DNA from: the human T2T-CHM13v2.0 reference genome, Homo sapiens
Assembly (NCBI RefSeq): GCF_009914755.1
Contig: NC_060934.1
Reading direction: 5' to 3' (one strand)
Length of the DNA stretch: 64,000 nt
Shown here: positions 39,761-54,739 of the stretch, in pieces
Position numbering within the stretch: position 1 is the stretch's first letter
Layout: each line of letters starts with the position of its first letter
Notes under the pieces: generated by a model
What the model saw: only the letters and a program-made list of their open reading frames with translations
The model's database searches: none
Told to the model about the DNA's origin: nothing
Made by a program: the position numbers and the translations under genes

Positions 39761-40105
39761 TCTGTTTAGGTCTGCATTGATTTCTTTCATCAGTGTTTGT
39801 TTGTTTTGCAGTCTTAACATATAGATTGTATATATGTTTTGTTAGATTTATATCTAATATTTCACATGTTTTGGTGCTATTGTAAATGAGACTTATGAAA
39901 AATATTTTAACTTCTATTGTTCATTGATAGTAGATAGAAATATGATTGATTTTTGTATATTACCAATGTGTCCTTCAACCTTCCTAAATGCTCATTAATT
40001 CTAGGGCCTTTTAAATATATTTTTTGGAATTTTTTTAAGTAGATACTCATGTTGGTGAATAAACACAGTTTTATTTTTCTACTTTTCCAATGTATATGCC
40101 TTTCA

Positions 40106-40112
40106 TTTCTTT

Positions 40113-40176
<64 letters not shown>

Positions 40177-40183
40177 TTTTTTT
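40106..40183 (+). repeat. (TTTC)n tetranucleotide repeat, about 16 units
   Basis: Direct reading. Confidence 0.95.
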
Positions 40184-40849
40184 GACTTACTAACTTATTG
40201 CATTCGCTAGGACTTTTGGTTCAATGTTGAATAAGAGGAAAGGGAGTGGACATCCTTTCCAGATTCTCCATTTTAGGGAGAAAGCATTCTGTTTTTCATC
40301 ATAAAGTATAATGTTCGCTGTAGTATTTTTGTGAATGCCATTTATCAGATTAAGGGAGCCTTCCTATTATCCTAGTTTCCCGGAGTTATTATGAATGGAC
40401 TCTTACTTTTGTTAAATGCTTTTTCTGCATCTATTCAGATCATCATATAGTTTTTCTTTTTTTTGCCTGTTGATATACCGTGAGTTACTTTGGTTGATTT
40501 CCAAATATCTCACCTGCTTTGCATTCCTGGGATAAGCCCAACTTTGTGATGGTGTAATATTGTTTTTATGTTTTACGATTTGATTTGCTAGTATTTTCCT
40601 GAAGACTTTTTTTGTGTTTATGTTCATGACAGATATTCATCTGTAATTTTCTTTTTTTGTGATATCTTTTTCCGGTTTTAGTATCAGAGTAATGCTTCCC
40701 TTATAAAATTATTTGGGAAGTGTTTTCTCCTCTTCAATATTCTGGAAAAGTTTGTATAAAATTGGTAGTATTGCTTCCTTAAATGTTTGCTAAAATTCAC
40801 CAGTGAGGCCAACTGGACCCAGAATTTGTGAGGTTTCTAAATACATATT

Positions 40850-41200
40850 TGTGTTAGTTTTTAGTTTTTAGTTTTTTTTTTTTTTTTGGGGGGGGTGCTT
40901 TTATAACAAAATATCCAAGAATGGATCTTACAGTTCTGTGGGCTAGCAGTCAAACATCAAGATGTCAGCAAAGTTGATTTCTTCTGAGGCCTCTCTCCTT
41001 GACTTGCAGATGGCCGTCTTTCCTCTGTGTCTTCACATGGTCTTCCCACTGTGTATATCTGTGTCTTAATCTCTTCTTATAAGGATATCAGTTATATTAC
41101 GTTAAGGGCTATTCTAATGACTTCATTTTAACTTAATCACCTCTTTATAAACCCTATCTCCAAATACGGCCACATATGGGCCACAATTCAGCCCATAACA
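40850..41200 (-). mobile_element. MaLR solo LTR (MLT1A/MST-like)
   Basis: tgtgttag...cagcccataaca with a perfect 5-bp TSD ATATT (40845-40849, 41201-41205). Confidence 0.85.
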
Positions 41201-41638
41201 ATATTCAATTTATTTAATTGATATAGGACTATTTAGGTGTCTCTCTTTTTTTTAATGAGCTTTGGCAGTTTGTATTTTTCAGTGAATTTGTCCCATTCAT
41301 GTAAATTGTCTAACTTATGGGACTAGAGTTGTTTGTAATATTCCCTCATTAACTTTTTGATGTCTTATCTTAACTGATCACCTCTCTTTTTTTTCAATTT
41401 CATAAAATGTGTCTTTGTTCTGTGTTTCTTGATCAGTTTGGCTAGAGACTGTATCAATTCTATTGATATTTTCCAAGAACTAGCTTTTAGTTTCCCTTAC
41501 TTTCTCATTGATTTCAATTTCATTGATTTCTGCTCTTTATTATTTCCTTTTTCCTTCTTGCTTTGGATTTTATTTTATCTTTTCTTAATTTATTAAGGTG
41601 GAAACTTAGATTATTGATATATTTCTTTTTCATAAATA

Positions 41639-41957
41639 CAACTGGCCCTCCTTATCTGTAGATTCTGCATCTACAAATTCAACCAACTATGGATCAAAGA
41701 TATTTTAGGAACAAAGATAACAATACAACAACAAAAAATTACAAATTTTAAAAATATAACAACTATTTACATGGCATTTATGTTGTATTAGGTATTATAA
41801 GTAATCTAGATATGATTTAAAGTATTTGAGAGAGAGGGTGTGCTTAGATTATATGCAAATACTATGCTATTTTGTGTAAAGGACTTGAGCATCTGAGGAT
41901 TTTGGTATCTGTGGGAGGTCCTGGAACCAATTCCTTGCAAATACAGAGGGACAACAG
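41639..41957 (+). mobile_element. MER2 (Tigger-family MITE)
   Basis: ggccctccttatctgtagattctgcatc...ggacttgagcatctgaggattttggtatc...acagaggga; TA flanks. Confidence 0.85.
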
Positions 41958-44239
41958 TAGTACAAGTATTTAATACAACAAATCTTCCTGTAAGTACTGC
42001 TTTAGTTGCATCCCACACATTTTGAGGTGTTTTTATTTTCATTCAATTTATAATGTTTTCTCATTCTAAGTAGCAAAAGGTGGAACAATTTGAACAACAA
42101 TCTAATGTAGCAGTGGATTATAGTATGAAGTATAAAATCATCATCCATGAGTTCATACTGATATAAATAAATGATTAAATATGTTAATAAATGGGGAAGA
42201 AGAGACAAATCTCCCATGCAGAAGAATTCCTGATAAATTACGTTAATATTCAATTTTAAAGGAAGTGGATCATAATTTCCCACCTCTTAAGTGTGGGTTG
42301 CACATATTGACTTTCTTTCAAAGAGTACAGTATGGCCAGAGGAGTACAAAGAATAACTGCATAGTAGAGAAACCTAATAAACACTACTGCAGCCATGTGA
42401 TCAAGGTCACCATCAACTGTCATACATCATGTTGATATAATATACCCTTGATACTATGGATAAATATGGCACTCTACCTCTGTGATCTTATTCCTGAAAA
42501 CCCATAACCCCAGTCTTAATCATGAGAAAAAATTAGACAAATTTCAATAGTAAGGCATTGAAGAATACACCTGGCCAGTACTCTTCAAACCTATCAAGGT
42601 CATCAAAAACAAGGAAAATCTGAGAAGCTATCATAGCCAAAAGTTGCCCAAGGAGACTTGACAACTAAATGTAATGTTTTATCCTAGATGGGCTCCTGAA
42701 ACAGTAAAAAGATATTAAGGAAATCTAAGAAAACCAAAATACAGGATGGACTTTAGTTAACAAAAATGTATCAATATTGGTTCAATACTAATGAATGTAC
42801 CATCCAAATGTAAAACATTAATAATAAGTGAAACTTTGGCAGGGGATATATGGGAATTCTAAGTGCTCATTTTTTTTTCATGTAAAACTTTTCTAAAAAA
42901 TACAATCTACACATTTTTAACAAAATGTCTCCCTATTTCTCTTATGACTTCCCCTTTGATCTGTGGGTTACTTAGAGGTATTTTCTCCAAATTATTTTTA
43001 TTGTTGTAAATCTTACATAACATAACATTTACTATCTTATCCATTTTAAGTGTATATTTCAGTATTATTAATTATATTTTTTAAAATTTGTTTGTACCTT
43101 TGGAATCATTGCCAGATCCAATGTCTTGAAGTTATTGCCATGCTTTCTTGTAAGAGTTTTATAGTTTTAGCTTTTACATTTAGGTAATGGATCCATTTCA
43201 AGTTAATTTTTGTATATGGCGTTCGGTAAAGATCCAATTTTATTATTTTGCATGTGGATATCCAGCTTCCCAGCACCATTTGTTGTAAAAACTGTGTTTT
43301 TCCCATTAAATGGCCTTGACAACTTTTTTGAAAATAATTTGGGTTTTATTTCTGGACTCTTTCTTCTATTCCTTTGGCCTATATGTCTGTCTATGCCTGT
43401 ACCAGACTGTTTTGATTACTGTAGTATTGTAGTAAGTTTTGAAATCAAGAAGTGTGAGTCTTTTTTCCCCATATTTTTCAGGATTGTTTTAGCTATTTGG
43501 GGTCCTTTGAAATTCCATATGAATTTTAGGATGAGTTTTTCTATTTCTGCAGAAGGAGTCATTGGGATTTTGATAAGGATTACATTGAATCTGTAGATCG
43601 TTTTGGGTAGTACTGATATCTTAATGATATTAAATCTTCCAAACCATGAACATGAGATATATTTGTTTAATTCTTTTTTCAGCAATGTTTTATAGGTCTC
43701 TTTGTACAAATCTTTCCCTTCCCCTTCTTGGCTAAGTTAATTTCAAAGTATTTTATTTCTTTTTATATATTATTGTAAATGAAATTGTTTTCTTAATTTC
43801 ATTTTCAGATTGTTCATCTGAGTGTATATAAATGCAACTGATTTTTGTGTGTGACTTTGTATCCTGCTACTTTACTGAATTTATTTTTTTTAACTCTGTG
43901 TGTGTGTGAATATGTGTGTGTAAAATCCAGTAATCTTTAGGATTTTCTACATATAATATCATATCATTGGCAAACAGAGATGTTTACTTTTTGCTTTCCC
44001 CAGTTTGGATGGCTTTTATTTCTTTTTTTTCCTAATTTCTCTGACTAGGACTTCCAATATTATGTCAAATAGAAGTGGCAAAAGTGGCATCCGTGCCTTG
44101 TTTCTGATCTTAGGGGAAAAGCTTTTACTCTTTCAACATTGAGTATATTTGCTGTGGGTTTTCCATACATAACTTTTATTATGTTTATGTATTTTTCTTA
44201 TGTTCCTAGTTTGTTGAATTTTTTTTCTACAAACAAATA

Positions 44240-44530
44240 GGCCAGGCATGGTGGCTCATGCCAGTAATCTCAGCACTTTGGGAGGCCAAGGCAGGCAGAT
44301 CACCTGAGGTTGGGGAGTTCACGACCACCCTAGGCAACATGTCTCTACTAAAGAAAAAGTACAAAAATTAGCCAGACGTGGTAGCAGTTGCCTGTAATCC
44401 CAGCTACTTGGGAGGCTGAGGCTGAGGCAGAGCAGGAGAGTCACTTGAACCCAGGAGGCAGAGGTTGCAGTGATCTGGGATCACACCACTGTACTTCAGC
44501 CTGCGCAACAGTGAAACTCTGTCTCAAAAA
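44240..44530 (+). mobile_element. Alu (AluS) with small indels
   Basis: Dimer with short A tail. Confidence 0.92.
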
Positions 44531-47500
44531 GAATATATTCTTGAAAGGATGTTGAATTTTGTCAAATACTCTCTCTGCATCAACTGAGATAAGCATGCCT
44601 TTTTTTCTGTTAGCGTATTGTATTACCTTGATTTTTGTATGTTAAGTCATCTTTGCATTCCAGTAATAAATCCCACATAGTCATGGTGTATGATCTTTTT
44701 AATATGCCGCTAAATATTTGCTTTGCTACTATTTTGTTGAGGATTTTTACATCAATGTTTAAGATGGATATTGGCCTTTAGTTTTCTTTTCATGTAGGAT
44801 AATTGTCTGGCTTTGATATTGGGATAATGCTGGCCTCATAGATTAAGTTAGGGAGTGTTCCCTACTCTTTAATTTTTTTAAACAGTTTGACAAGTATTGG
44901 TGTTAGTTCTCCTTTAAATGTTTGATAGAATTTAACAGTGAAGGCAATGGATCCAGGGCTTACTTTTTTGGGATAGTTTTGATAACTTATTCAATCACCT
45001 TACTAGTCATAGGTCTGTTCAGATTTTCTGTTTCTTTGTGGTTTGGTTTTGGTAGGTTTTGTGTTTCTATAAATTTGTCTATTTCATTGAGGTTATCCAG
45101 TTTTTCTGCATACAATTGCTCATAGTACTCCCTTATAATCTTTTTTATTTCTTTAGAATTGGTAGTAATGTCCTCATTTTTATTTCTGATTTTAGTAGTT
45201 TGAGTCTTTTCTCTTTTTATCTTAGTTTATCTAATTAAAGGTTCATCACATCATTTTGTTGATATTTTTGAAGAACTTGCTTTTGGTTTCATTGATTTTT
45301 CTCTTTTTTATATTTTATATTTTGATCTCTGCTCTAATCTTTACTATTTTCTTCCTTTTGTTAGCTTTAGGTTTAGTTTGTTCTTCTTTTTGTAATTCCT
45401 TACGTTGTAAAGCTAGTTTGTTTATTCGAGGCCTTGTTTCTTTCATGTAAGCATTTATAGCTATAAATTTCCCCCTTAACCCTGCTTTTGCTGTGTCCCA
45501 TAGTTTTGATATGTTGTGTTATGTTTTCACTCATTTCTAAATGTTTCTAATTTCCCTTGTAATTCCTTCTTTGATCCATTGGTGTTTTAAAATTATGTCG
45601 TTCAATTTTCACAAATCTGTAAGTTTATCAGTTTTTCTTATATTTGATTTCTAACTTTATCTCTTGTATTTTGAGAAGATACTCTTTGTGATACCAGTGT
45701 TTTAAAATTGACTGATACTTAGTTTATAGCCTAACACATGCAAAATATTCCATGTGTTCTTAAATATGTGGTCTGTTGTTGCACAGAGGATTCTGTATGT
45801 ATCTGTTAGATATACTTTGTTTATTATATTGTTCAAGTCCTCCCTTTTCTTACTTCTGTCTAATTGTTCTATCCACTAATGAAAATGGGATATTGAAATC
45901 TTCAATTATTATTGTAAAACTGTTTCTCTCTTCATTTCTGCCAATTTTTGCTTTGTGTATTTTGATTGTTACTAGGCGTGTAAATGTTTATAACTGTTAT
46001 ATGTTCTTGCTGTATTGAACCTTTTATGATATATAATGTCCTTCTTTGTCATTTTTAACTTTTTAAAATTAAAATCGATTTTATCTGATATTAATATAGC
46101 TATTCATGCTCTGTTTTGGTTCCTGTTTGCATGGAATATTTCTTTTACTTTTAACCTATTCGTGTCTTTGGATCTAAAGTGAGTCCTTTGTAGACAGTGT
46201 ATAGTTGGATCATGTTTTTATTTTTTAATCCATTCTGCCAATCTTTCTTTCAATTGGCGAGTTTAATTCATTTATATCTAAAGTAATTACTGATAAGGAG
46301 AGACTTCTGTCATTTTGCTATTTTAAAAAAATATTTCTTGTAGCTTTTTTGTTCCTCATTTTTTTTTGCCTTACTGTCTCCTTTTGTATTTAGTTGCCTT
46401 TTGTAATGAAATATTTAAATTCTTAAAAAATTTCCTTTATGTATTGTTTTTAGCTATTTTCTTTGTGGTTACCATGGGCATTATATTTAACATCCTAAAC
46501 TTATCACTCTAATTTGAATTTATGCCAGCCTAATTCAGTAAAATACAAAAAAAAAAAACTGTGGACCTTTGACAGTTTTGACCCCATCTCTTTCATTTGT
46601 TGTCACAAAATTACATTTTTATATATTATGTGTTCCAAAACATAAAATAATGTTTTTAATGCTTTAGTTTCTCATGTAGAAAACAAAATGTTGATTTACA
46701 ATCTAAAGTTATGATAATTTTTTTATTTTTAGGCTAATAAATTTAGGAAAAAGTCATCTCTTAAATCATGTAGAAAAGAAAAAGTGAAGTTACACATTAT
46801 TGTTACAAGAATACTAGCTTTTATAATTAGTCATGTATTTACTGAAATCTTAATTTCTTTATTTTGATTTTTTCTTTGATTACATTAAAGTTGTCACTCA
46901 ATTGTCTTCTGGCTTATATTGTTTTTGATGAGCTTTTGGATCTGAGGCTTGGTGTCTTTCATTCATTTTGGAAAAAATTCTCAGTTATTATCTTTTCAAA
47001 TATTTCTTCTGCCCAATTCTCCTTCTCTTCTATTTTGGGATTCCATTTACAGGTATAATATATTAGTCTGTTTGATATTGGTTTGTAGTTCTTGGATGGT
47101 CTCTTCTTCTCTGCCTCTGCCCCTCATCTACCTTTTTTCTCTGTGTTCTAATTCGGATAATTCCTCTTGATCTATTTTGTAATTCATGAATTCTTTTCTT
47201 GCCTCTGTGAAATCTACTGATGAGCTTATCAATAACATGCTTAATTTCTTACAATATTTTTTTTACTTTAAGCATTTCCACTTTATTATTTTTATGGCTT
47301 CCATCTCTCCATTGAAATTCTCCATTTGTTCATGTATATTGTCTACTTTTCCCACTGCCTTTTCACACATTGATTATCACTATTTTAAATTCATCACTTG
47401 ACAGTTTTAACATATGTTATATCTCTGTCTGGTTCTGTTGATTGCTTTGTCTCTTGGCAACTTTTTTCTCTTTTTCTTACTTCTGTGTGTACTCTATAAT

Positions 47501-47549
47501 TTTTTGGTTGAAAACTGAATATTGTATAGTCTAGAGATAGAAGTAAAAA

Positions 47550-48230
47550 TGTCTTATCCATGGTTTCACTCTTCATAGTTTCAGTTACCTGCAGTCAACC
47601 ACAGACTAAAAATGTTAAGTGGACAATTCCAGATATAAACAATAAGTTTTAAATTGCACACTGTTCTGAGTAGTGTGATGAAACCTCACACTGTCCTGCT
47701 CTGTCCTGCCTGGGAGTGAATCATTCCTTTGTCCAGCATATTCATGCCCTATGTGCTACCTGTCTCTTAGTCAACTAGTAGTCATCTTGGTTATCAGATC
47801 TACTGTTTTGGCCTCACAGTGCTTGTGTTCAAGTAACCCTTATTTTACTTAGTAATGGCCCCAAAGAGTAGTGATGCTGGCAATTTGGATATGCCAAAGG
47901 GAAGCTGTAAAGTGCTTTCTTTACATGAAAAGGTGAAAGTTCTTGACTTAATAAGGAAAGAAAAAAATCATATGCTAAAGTTGCGTAGACCTATGGTAAG
48001 AATGAATCTTCTATCCAAGTTTTGCTGTTGCACATCAGAGTGCCAAAGTTATGGCCACAGTGCATGATACATGCTTACTTAAGATGGAAAAGGCATTAAA
48101 CTTATGGGTGGAAGACATGAACAAAAATATGTTTCAGTTGATGACGATCAGGTTCAATACTATCCAGAGTTTCATGCATCCACTGGGGGTCTTGGAACAT
48201 ATCCCCTGCAGCTAAGGGGGAGCTATTGTA
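47550..48230 (+). mobile_element. MER44 (Tigger7-derived)
   Basis: cttatccatggtttcactcttcatagtttcagttacc...; MAPKSSDAGNLDMPK transposase start; catccactgggggtcttggaac end. Confidence 0.85.
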
Positions 48231-49554
48231 GTATTTCTTAGCTAAGTTCTAGACGCTGAGGTAAATAGGGATGGACATGACTCTTTTGTTGGTAGGCCTT
48301 CAGTGTGAGGAGTTGCATCAATTTACTCAGTAATGCAGCAGGGCTTGGGTTTGATGTTGCTATGGTTACCCTTAGTGCACCACCAGCTTCAAATTCCTCC
48401 AGTGTTACCTTACATGTAGAGGATTTGCCTCAGTGTTTACTCCACCCTCTGCTTTAGCTCTTCCCATTGTACATGCACCTCAGAGAAGGTCTTCTCCATG
48501 ATCTTCTCTAATTCCCAGCAGTAGAGAGCTCTTACTTATGATTACCTTGCTTGCCAACCTGGTTGGGGTGACATTCTCTGCTGTCCTTGTTCAGTCTCAG
48601 TCTTAGGAAGGCCTCAGGCGGTACCTCCTTTATTATTTTGTCCATTCTGCAGGTGTAGGGAATATCTTATGGCCTGGGTCCAGGATGCTCTTCTCTCTTC
48701 CCTACCCCCAATGTTAATGAGTCTTCATTTGTGCCTTGAGGATGACAGAGTTTCATGCGTTTTCTCAGGTTCTTATGCTTTTGGTCCATTAGGGAAATAG
48801 GGAAAAGCATTTTGGGCATGCTTTGTGCCATTCCTGTGGATGCTGTTTTTCCCCTTCCCAAGCTTGCCCCACGAAGGAGGATTTCTCAAGTTCCTCACCC
48901 TGTCTGCAGCTTTTCTCCTGAGCCTCTGATGAGGTCCTCACATGCATTATCTTTTCACTGTGTTTTTAAACCTTTCTTGTCTTCATTACTGTATGTATAC
49001 ATGCCTTTGTCCTATGGCAATAAGTTGATTTTCAACTGCCTGCTTTGTTTCTTGCAGAATTCGATTTAATTATAAATTATTGCTGTAATTATGTACTTTT
49101 GAGTTTTACCTTTATTTTCTTAGGTTTATAAACTAATTTTTTTAAACCTCATTCTATTGTTTTCTTATCTCCTTGTGAACTCTTATTTAAAATAATTTTT
49201 CTTTTTCTTTCGACAGATGTTGCATACACAGTTCATTTTCCTTTTTAAGCTTATCTTCCATTTTAGAATAGATTTTAAAAATTATTCTGCATGCTATATT
49301 ATATTATTATTTTTTCTGTGTTTCACATTTTATTCCATTTTGTTATGAACATGTATAGCTTTTTCTGTCTCTTCGGTTTTGTTGATTGAGCAGGAATGAA
49401 TTCTTCCTGATTTCCATTTTTATTTGGATCTCATCATCTTCCCTTGTAAACTGTATTTTGGAGGGCGGCATTGTTTATTTTGCCCGAGGACAATGATAAG
49501 TGTGCTGAAGGGATAGGGGCCAAGGAGCAGGATACTCAAAGGGCATGGTGTGGC

Positions 49555-50100
49555 TGAAATGTTAAGCAGATATCACAGATGCCCTTACTCAATATCAGTC
49601 ACACCCTTCTCCTAGTGTACCTTCCTGTATGGCCCAGGCAGAAAAATGAAAAATTACATTTTCAAGACTTCCTGGTAGCTTATTTGGGCTTTGCCGATCA
49701 TATGCACTTAGCCAAGATGTAAATGTGTAGAGAGGCATCCATTTTATTGCTATGCATCATAGCAGGCTTGGCGTTCCTGGTCCTCATTATAGGTAAGGTG
49801 ATGTGTTACTAGAGCCAACAGTTGTGGTAGTGACTTTCTTATTTCTCCATTGTTGCTGAAGTGGTGTCATCTAGGAGCCAGTGGCTAGAAAAAATGGTCT
49901 CCAACTTCCTCAGTTTCCTAATTGTGGCAAAGACAGAACTTTTCTTGGCAGACCATTATGCAATGTTGTTCTTGGATCATAATGAGAGAGGCATCTGTTC
50001 TTCAAGCCCACACAATGGTGATACAACACCAAATAGCTAGATCAAATCCCTTTCTGTAAACTGGCTGAAATGATTCCCAGGATCTACAGCTGAAACCTCA
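49555..50100 (+). mobile_element. Old ERVL LTR (LTR33-like)
   Basis: aattacattttcaagacttcc...aaatccctttctg...ctacagctgaaacc. Confidence 0.5.
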
Positions 50101-51766
50101 CCTTTATACTTTGATTGGAATTCTTGGACCAGGCTACAAGAAAAAGAGACCAAATTCAGAATGATGTTAATGATAAAGATATATATATTTTCTACCATAA
50201 TGGAAGCCCAGAGATAGGAAGGATTCCAGGTTCAATATGATCAGTTGCTAATGTCATCAAGAACATAGTTTCTTTATGTTTTTCACATTTGCTATACTCT
50301 TTCCTTTTATGGCCATAAGAGGGCAGACTATGATAATTAGGTCCTTATACTTCTTTGTTTATGTCTGTACAGAGGGATGAGGGTAGAAGAGAGGTTTGCT
50401 TCTCTTTTTTACAAGACCAGCCTATTTCTATGGTTGGCGCAAATCTCCTACCTATTTCTGAATTATTCACTGGAAGGATCTTACTATGGAATGATCACAA
50501 ATGGCTTTAACTAACCAGAGGGGTAGAATCAGTGTTGGGGAGTCAACACCAGTGTTTGTTACAGTCATTCTACATTTTCATTTTTTTCTCTCTTCATTCT
50601 CCCAGCTTTTGTACTAGCAAAGGTGGAACACAATGGGAAGATCTAAGGGTTTTTCTGTTGGGCATCAAAGATGATCAAAATGGCTTCTACGCTTGTGGGA
50701 ATTTTATCTCCCCTTCCAGCCTGCTTAGACCTCCTCTCATACTAAGGTTAGGGATATTTGTGAGAAATTTTAGGATTTCTGTGCCTGTCTATCCCAACCA
50801 AGAGCCCTCACTTCCAACCCTACAAAGAGCCTCTGGATATAGTGGAGTACCAAGATAAGATGTGCTTCCCAGGAATGTGCAGATTCTTAGAAATTTCCAC
50901 CTCTTTCTTTTGCTATATTGTTTTGTATATATCTTTTTGCTGGTATTAACTTGATTATTGTTCACATTATTTGGCTTTGCAAAGAGATTATGAGAACTTG
51001 TTTTACTTGAACATCTTACCTCAAAATTTTGAAGCTTTTAAAATACTCTTTTACTGTTGACTTCTAGATTTATTGCATTTTGGCCAGTGGACATAATGTA
51101 TAAAATTTCAGATGTTTGGAACCTTGACTGTCAACATTACCTAAAAGATCATAATTAAAAATAAAAAGATTGTATGTGTGCTATTAAATATTAATAGAAT
51201 GTTCTCCCCAATTATTGGTTGCAAGTGTCCATACGTATCCATTATTCCGTCTTATTAATTATATTGCATAGATCCTCTCCATCCTTGGTGTGTGTGCACG
51301 TGTGTGCGTTCATGTTCAATCTGTTTCAGAGTAATGAAACAGGATGTGAACTCTCCACATCACCACATCTCAGACTCTAGGAACTTCCAAACACTTGGTC
51401 CCAGGGAGGGCAAAAGTTCTCTTTCCTAATCCAAGCCTTGTACGTTCTTGCCTTGGCATAATTTTCAATCCATATACCCAATTCACATTATAAAACTGAA
51501 CACTTCTCAATCCACAGCATTCGTTATGTTTATGGCACTGAACAGTTTTCTCCAAGGGCAGTGGATTTTGTATAATTTCAAGGTGTAAATAGCCATGATT
51601 TTTCCAAAGGAAGCCTCTTTCAAAGTAGTAGACTCTTCACCCGTGGAAAAATAAACTTCTGTTTACCCTTAAATGGCTGTGTCTTTAAGAGAAACAGAAA
51701 CAAAAATAAAATCTCCCTTCACATATATACCAGTAACTTACATATGTGAATTTTTCTCTTCCTTAG

Positions 51767-51918
51767 ATACGCGCAAAATTGTTTCTGAAGGAGAACTAGA
51801 TCAGTTGGCTCAGATTCGGCCATTAATATTCAATTTTCATGAGCAGACAGCCATCAAGGATTGTTTGAAAATCCTTGAGGAAAAAACAGCAGCGTATGAT
51901 ATCATGCAGGAATTTATG
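51767..51918 (+). CDS. PTPN20: PTPN20 coding exon 5 (DTRKIVSEGELDQLAQ...YDIMQEFM), 152 nt, phase 1 to 0
   Basis: ctcttccttag| acceptor; ATG|gtaaat donor. Confidence 0.95.
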
Positions 51919-52302
51919 GTAAATATTTTCTTAACGAAAGTCTATATGTGATTTCTTTTTTTATATCATTGCCAGAGGGTTTCTTTTCTTTTCTTTCTTT
52001 ATTTGGTTTTAGTACATTGTTTTTACTTTTAAATATTATATATATTTTAAAGTAATAGATGTACGTGGTTAAAAAAAAAGCCAAATAGCATAAAAGGATA
52101 TAAAATAGAAAGTCTCTCTCTTTCTCTCAAGACTTTCTAGGGCCCCTTTACACTATTCATTTTGTCATTTTGTCATGCAAACTTTTAAAAAAATTTGTCG
52201 GAATGCACTTTACATCCTTAAATTTGTTTTCCTCCTAGATACAATTTCCAAGTATATTATCAGCATGTATAGCAGTATCTCATTTTTTTAAGTGTTGCAT
52301 GG

Positions 52303-52375
52303 TAATTATATGGATAAGTACCTTAATTTATTTAATATTTAATTTCTGAAATTAGGGTACTTATCCATATAATTA
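52303..52375. repeat. Inverted repeat, 27-bp arms (1 mismatch), 19-nt spacer
   Basis: TAATTATATGGATAAGTACCTTAATTT (52303-52329) versus AAATTAGGGTACTTATCCATATAATTA (52349-52375). Confidence 0.95.
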
Positions 52376-52646
52376 ACTACCATGGAACATTTGGACATTT
52401 AGGTTGTTCTAGTCTTTGCTATTATGAACAGCGGTCATCTCTCTTCATATACTGTATGCATATATTTAAATATTTTTTGAACAAATTCCTAGAAAGACAA
52501 TATTAATATTTTGGGCTATCAATTTTTTGGATCTTTTCTCATCTCTTAAATGACAAATTATTTCTTATTGATTACTTAATTGGTATTTATTTGAGAACAA
52601 AAGAATATCTTTCCATATGTTTTTAAGCCTTTTATATTTTCAGTGA

Positions 52647-53001
<355 letters not shown>

Positions 53002-53899
53002 GATTACTAACTCTTTAAGGAAAAAATTATGCCTTTGTGTGTCTTACACGTAGTATTTTTTCTGCTGTTGTTTGTGTTACACACAGGTGCACATGCATGT
53101 GCACACACATGCCTATTTACCATGAAGAAATAGCTGATTTTTAGTGGTCAAATATGGCAATCTTTGCTTTTGGGGCTTCTGGGTTTGGGGCTTTCTGTGC
53201 TCTTTAGGAATGCTTCTTTTACTCTAGGATTGTAATAATTACTTCATGTTTTTTTCTAGTACCTTTATGATTTTTAAGCATTTAAATCTTTGATGCAGCT
53301 AGAATTTAATTTGGTATAAGATGTTTGATAGGGACTCAGCATTATATAACTATCCAGTTGTCCCAAGACTCTCCTGGAATTTCTCTTGAGTGAGGTAAAA
53401 TGCCACTTTTATCATATACTAGAGCCTTACATATATTTTAATTTATTCTTGGACTTTTTCTACTGATTTTCTTATTCCTTTATTGGTATTGTTCTGTTAA
53501 TTAGCATAGCTTCATATTATCTTTTAACATCTAATGAGACTCATCTGCCATCATTATTCATTCATAAATGAATTTTTTCTCATTCTTCCTACAGAATTTT
53601 TTCCAGATTAATTTTAAAATTGATTTTCAGAAAGACTTGATCATTTTATTGTACTACTTAAAACCTTCACAGGCTCCTTGTTCCCCATGGCAGTGGTTGC
53701 TAGGTTGGCTACACAAGAGTTACCCAAGAGCTTTGAAAATGTATAGATTTTCAGGCTTTCTCCACAAATATTCTAATAAAGTATGACTAGCTACCTCCTA
53801 ATTTCATTTATATATGAAACAAGATATTTTATAGTTTTAGTCTGTTGTTGGACTAGATCATGTGCTTTGTGCTCTTATTACCGTATTAGTCACAGTTTC

Positions 53900-54245
53900 C
53901 CAAAGGGACATGTATGCCTCCATTATTTCCACCCCTTCACCTTCTCTCCTCTTTCCTTCTAAATACACACTGTTTTTCATATGCTAACTTCCAGTGACTC
54001 ACTAAGGCCCAGTTCAAGGGCTATTTCCCTTTGAGGAGCTTTTCTTCTTGACTTTTAGGTGCAATCTAGTGCTGTCATTTATACTACTGTCTCCGTACAT
54101 TGGTCACATGGTATTTGATTACATGTCCTCTAACTACTCTCTTCACTCCTTAAGGATGAGGCCATTATCCAATTCATCCCTGTATTCCAGTGTCTGAAAC
54201 AGGGCCAGGTACCTACTAAATGTGTAATAAGTGTTTGTTGAATTC
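53900..54245 (+). mobile_element. L2 3' fragment
   Basis: ttcatccctgtattccagtgtctgaaacagggcc...aataagtgtttgttgaat is the L2 terminus. Confidence 0.7.
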
Positions 54246-54739
54246 ACACTTGGTAAAGAAATTTTTTGAAAGGAAGGATTCTTAGGGTCCTAACTATAAT
54301 TTCTTCAAAGGGGAAGGGTAAATTGTGAGACTGTTTGTATATATTTTTTGTTTATATGTTTTTGTTGTTGTTATGTTGTTATTTTTATTTATAAAATGAT
54401 AGATCTGTGGGTAGGTTCTGAGAAATGAATAGCTTGTATTTCCTTTTTTATGAAAGAAGAAGAAAATGAAGTTCAAGTGGAAAGTATCTCCAGAAAGTTT
54501 AACATTTTCTTATTAACCAACTCATTGATTGGCATGTGAAACTTGAGATATTTTATATAGCACTTTTTAAATGAGGATCTAGCTTCACTTATCATACAAC
54601 ACATTAAATAGCAGGTCATGTCATATAGGGATTTAAGGATCATGAGCACTAAACAAAGGCATATTTTTTTCTTTTTTATTGGTTATAGTAAATACACAAT
54701 TTATTATTTATTTATTTATTCATTTTTAACCTTTTAAAG

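Larger units (their letters stand above)
39761..47545 (-). mobile_element. Large stack of L1M elements, mainly antisense (sense 3'UTR piece ~42070-42915)
   Basis: Minus ORFs resemble L1 ORF2 (NINTKKVFRKILANQI; [23 protein letters not shown]). Confidence 0.85.

Noticed and set aside
47855-48067. ORF resembling a Tigger transposase N-terminus
   Set aside because: Non-autonomous MER44 with frameshift and internal deletion; not a domesticated gene.
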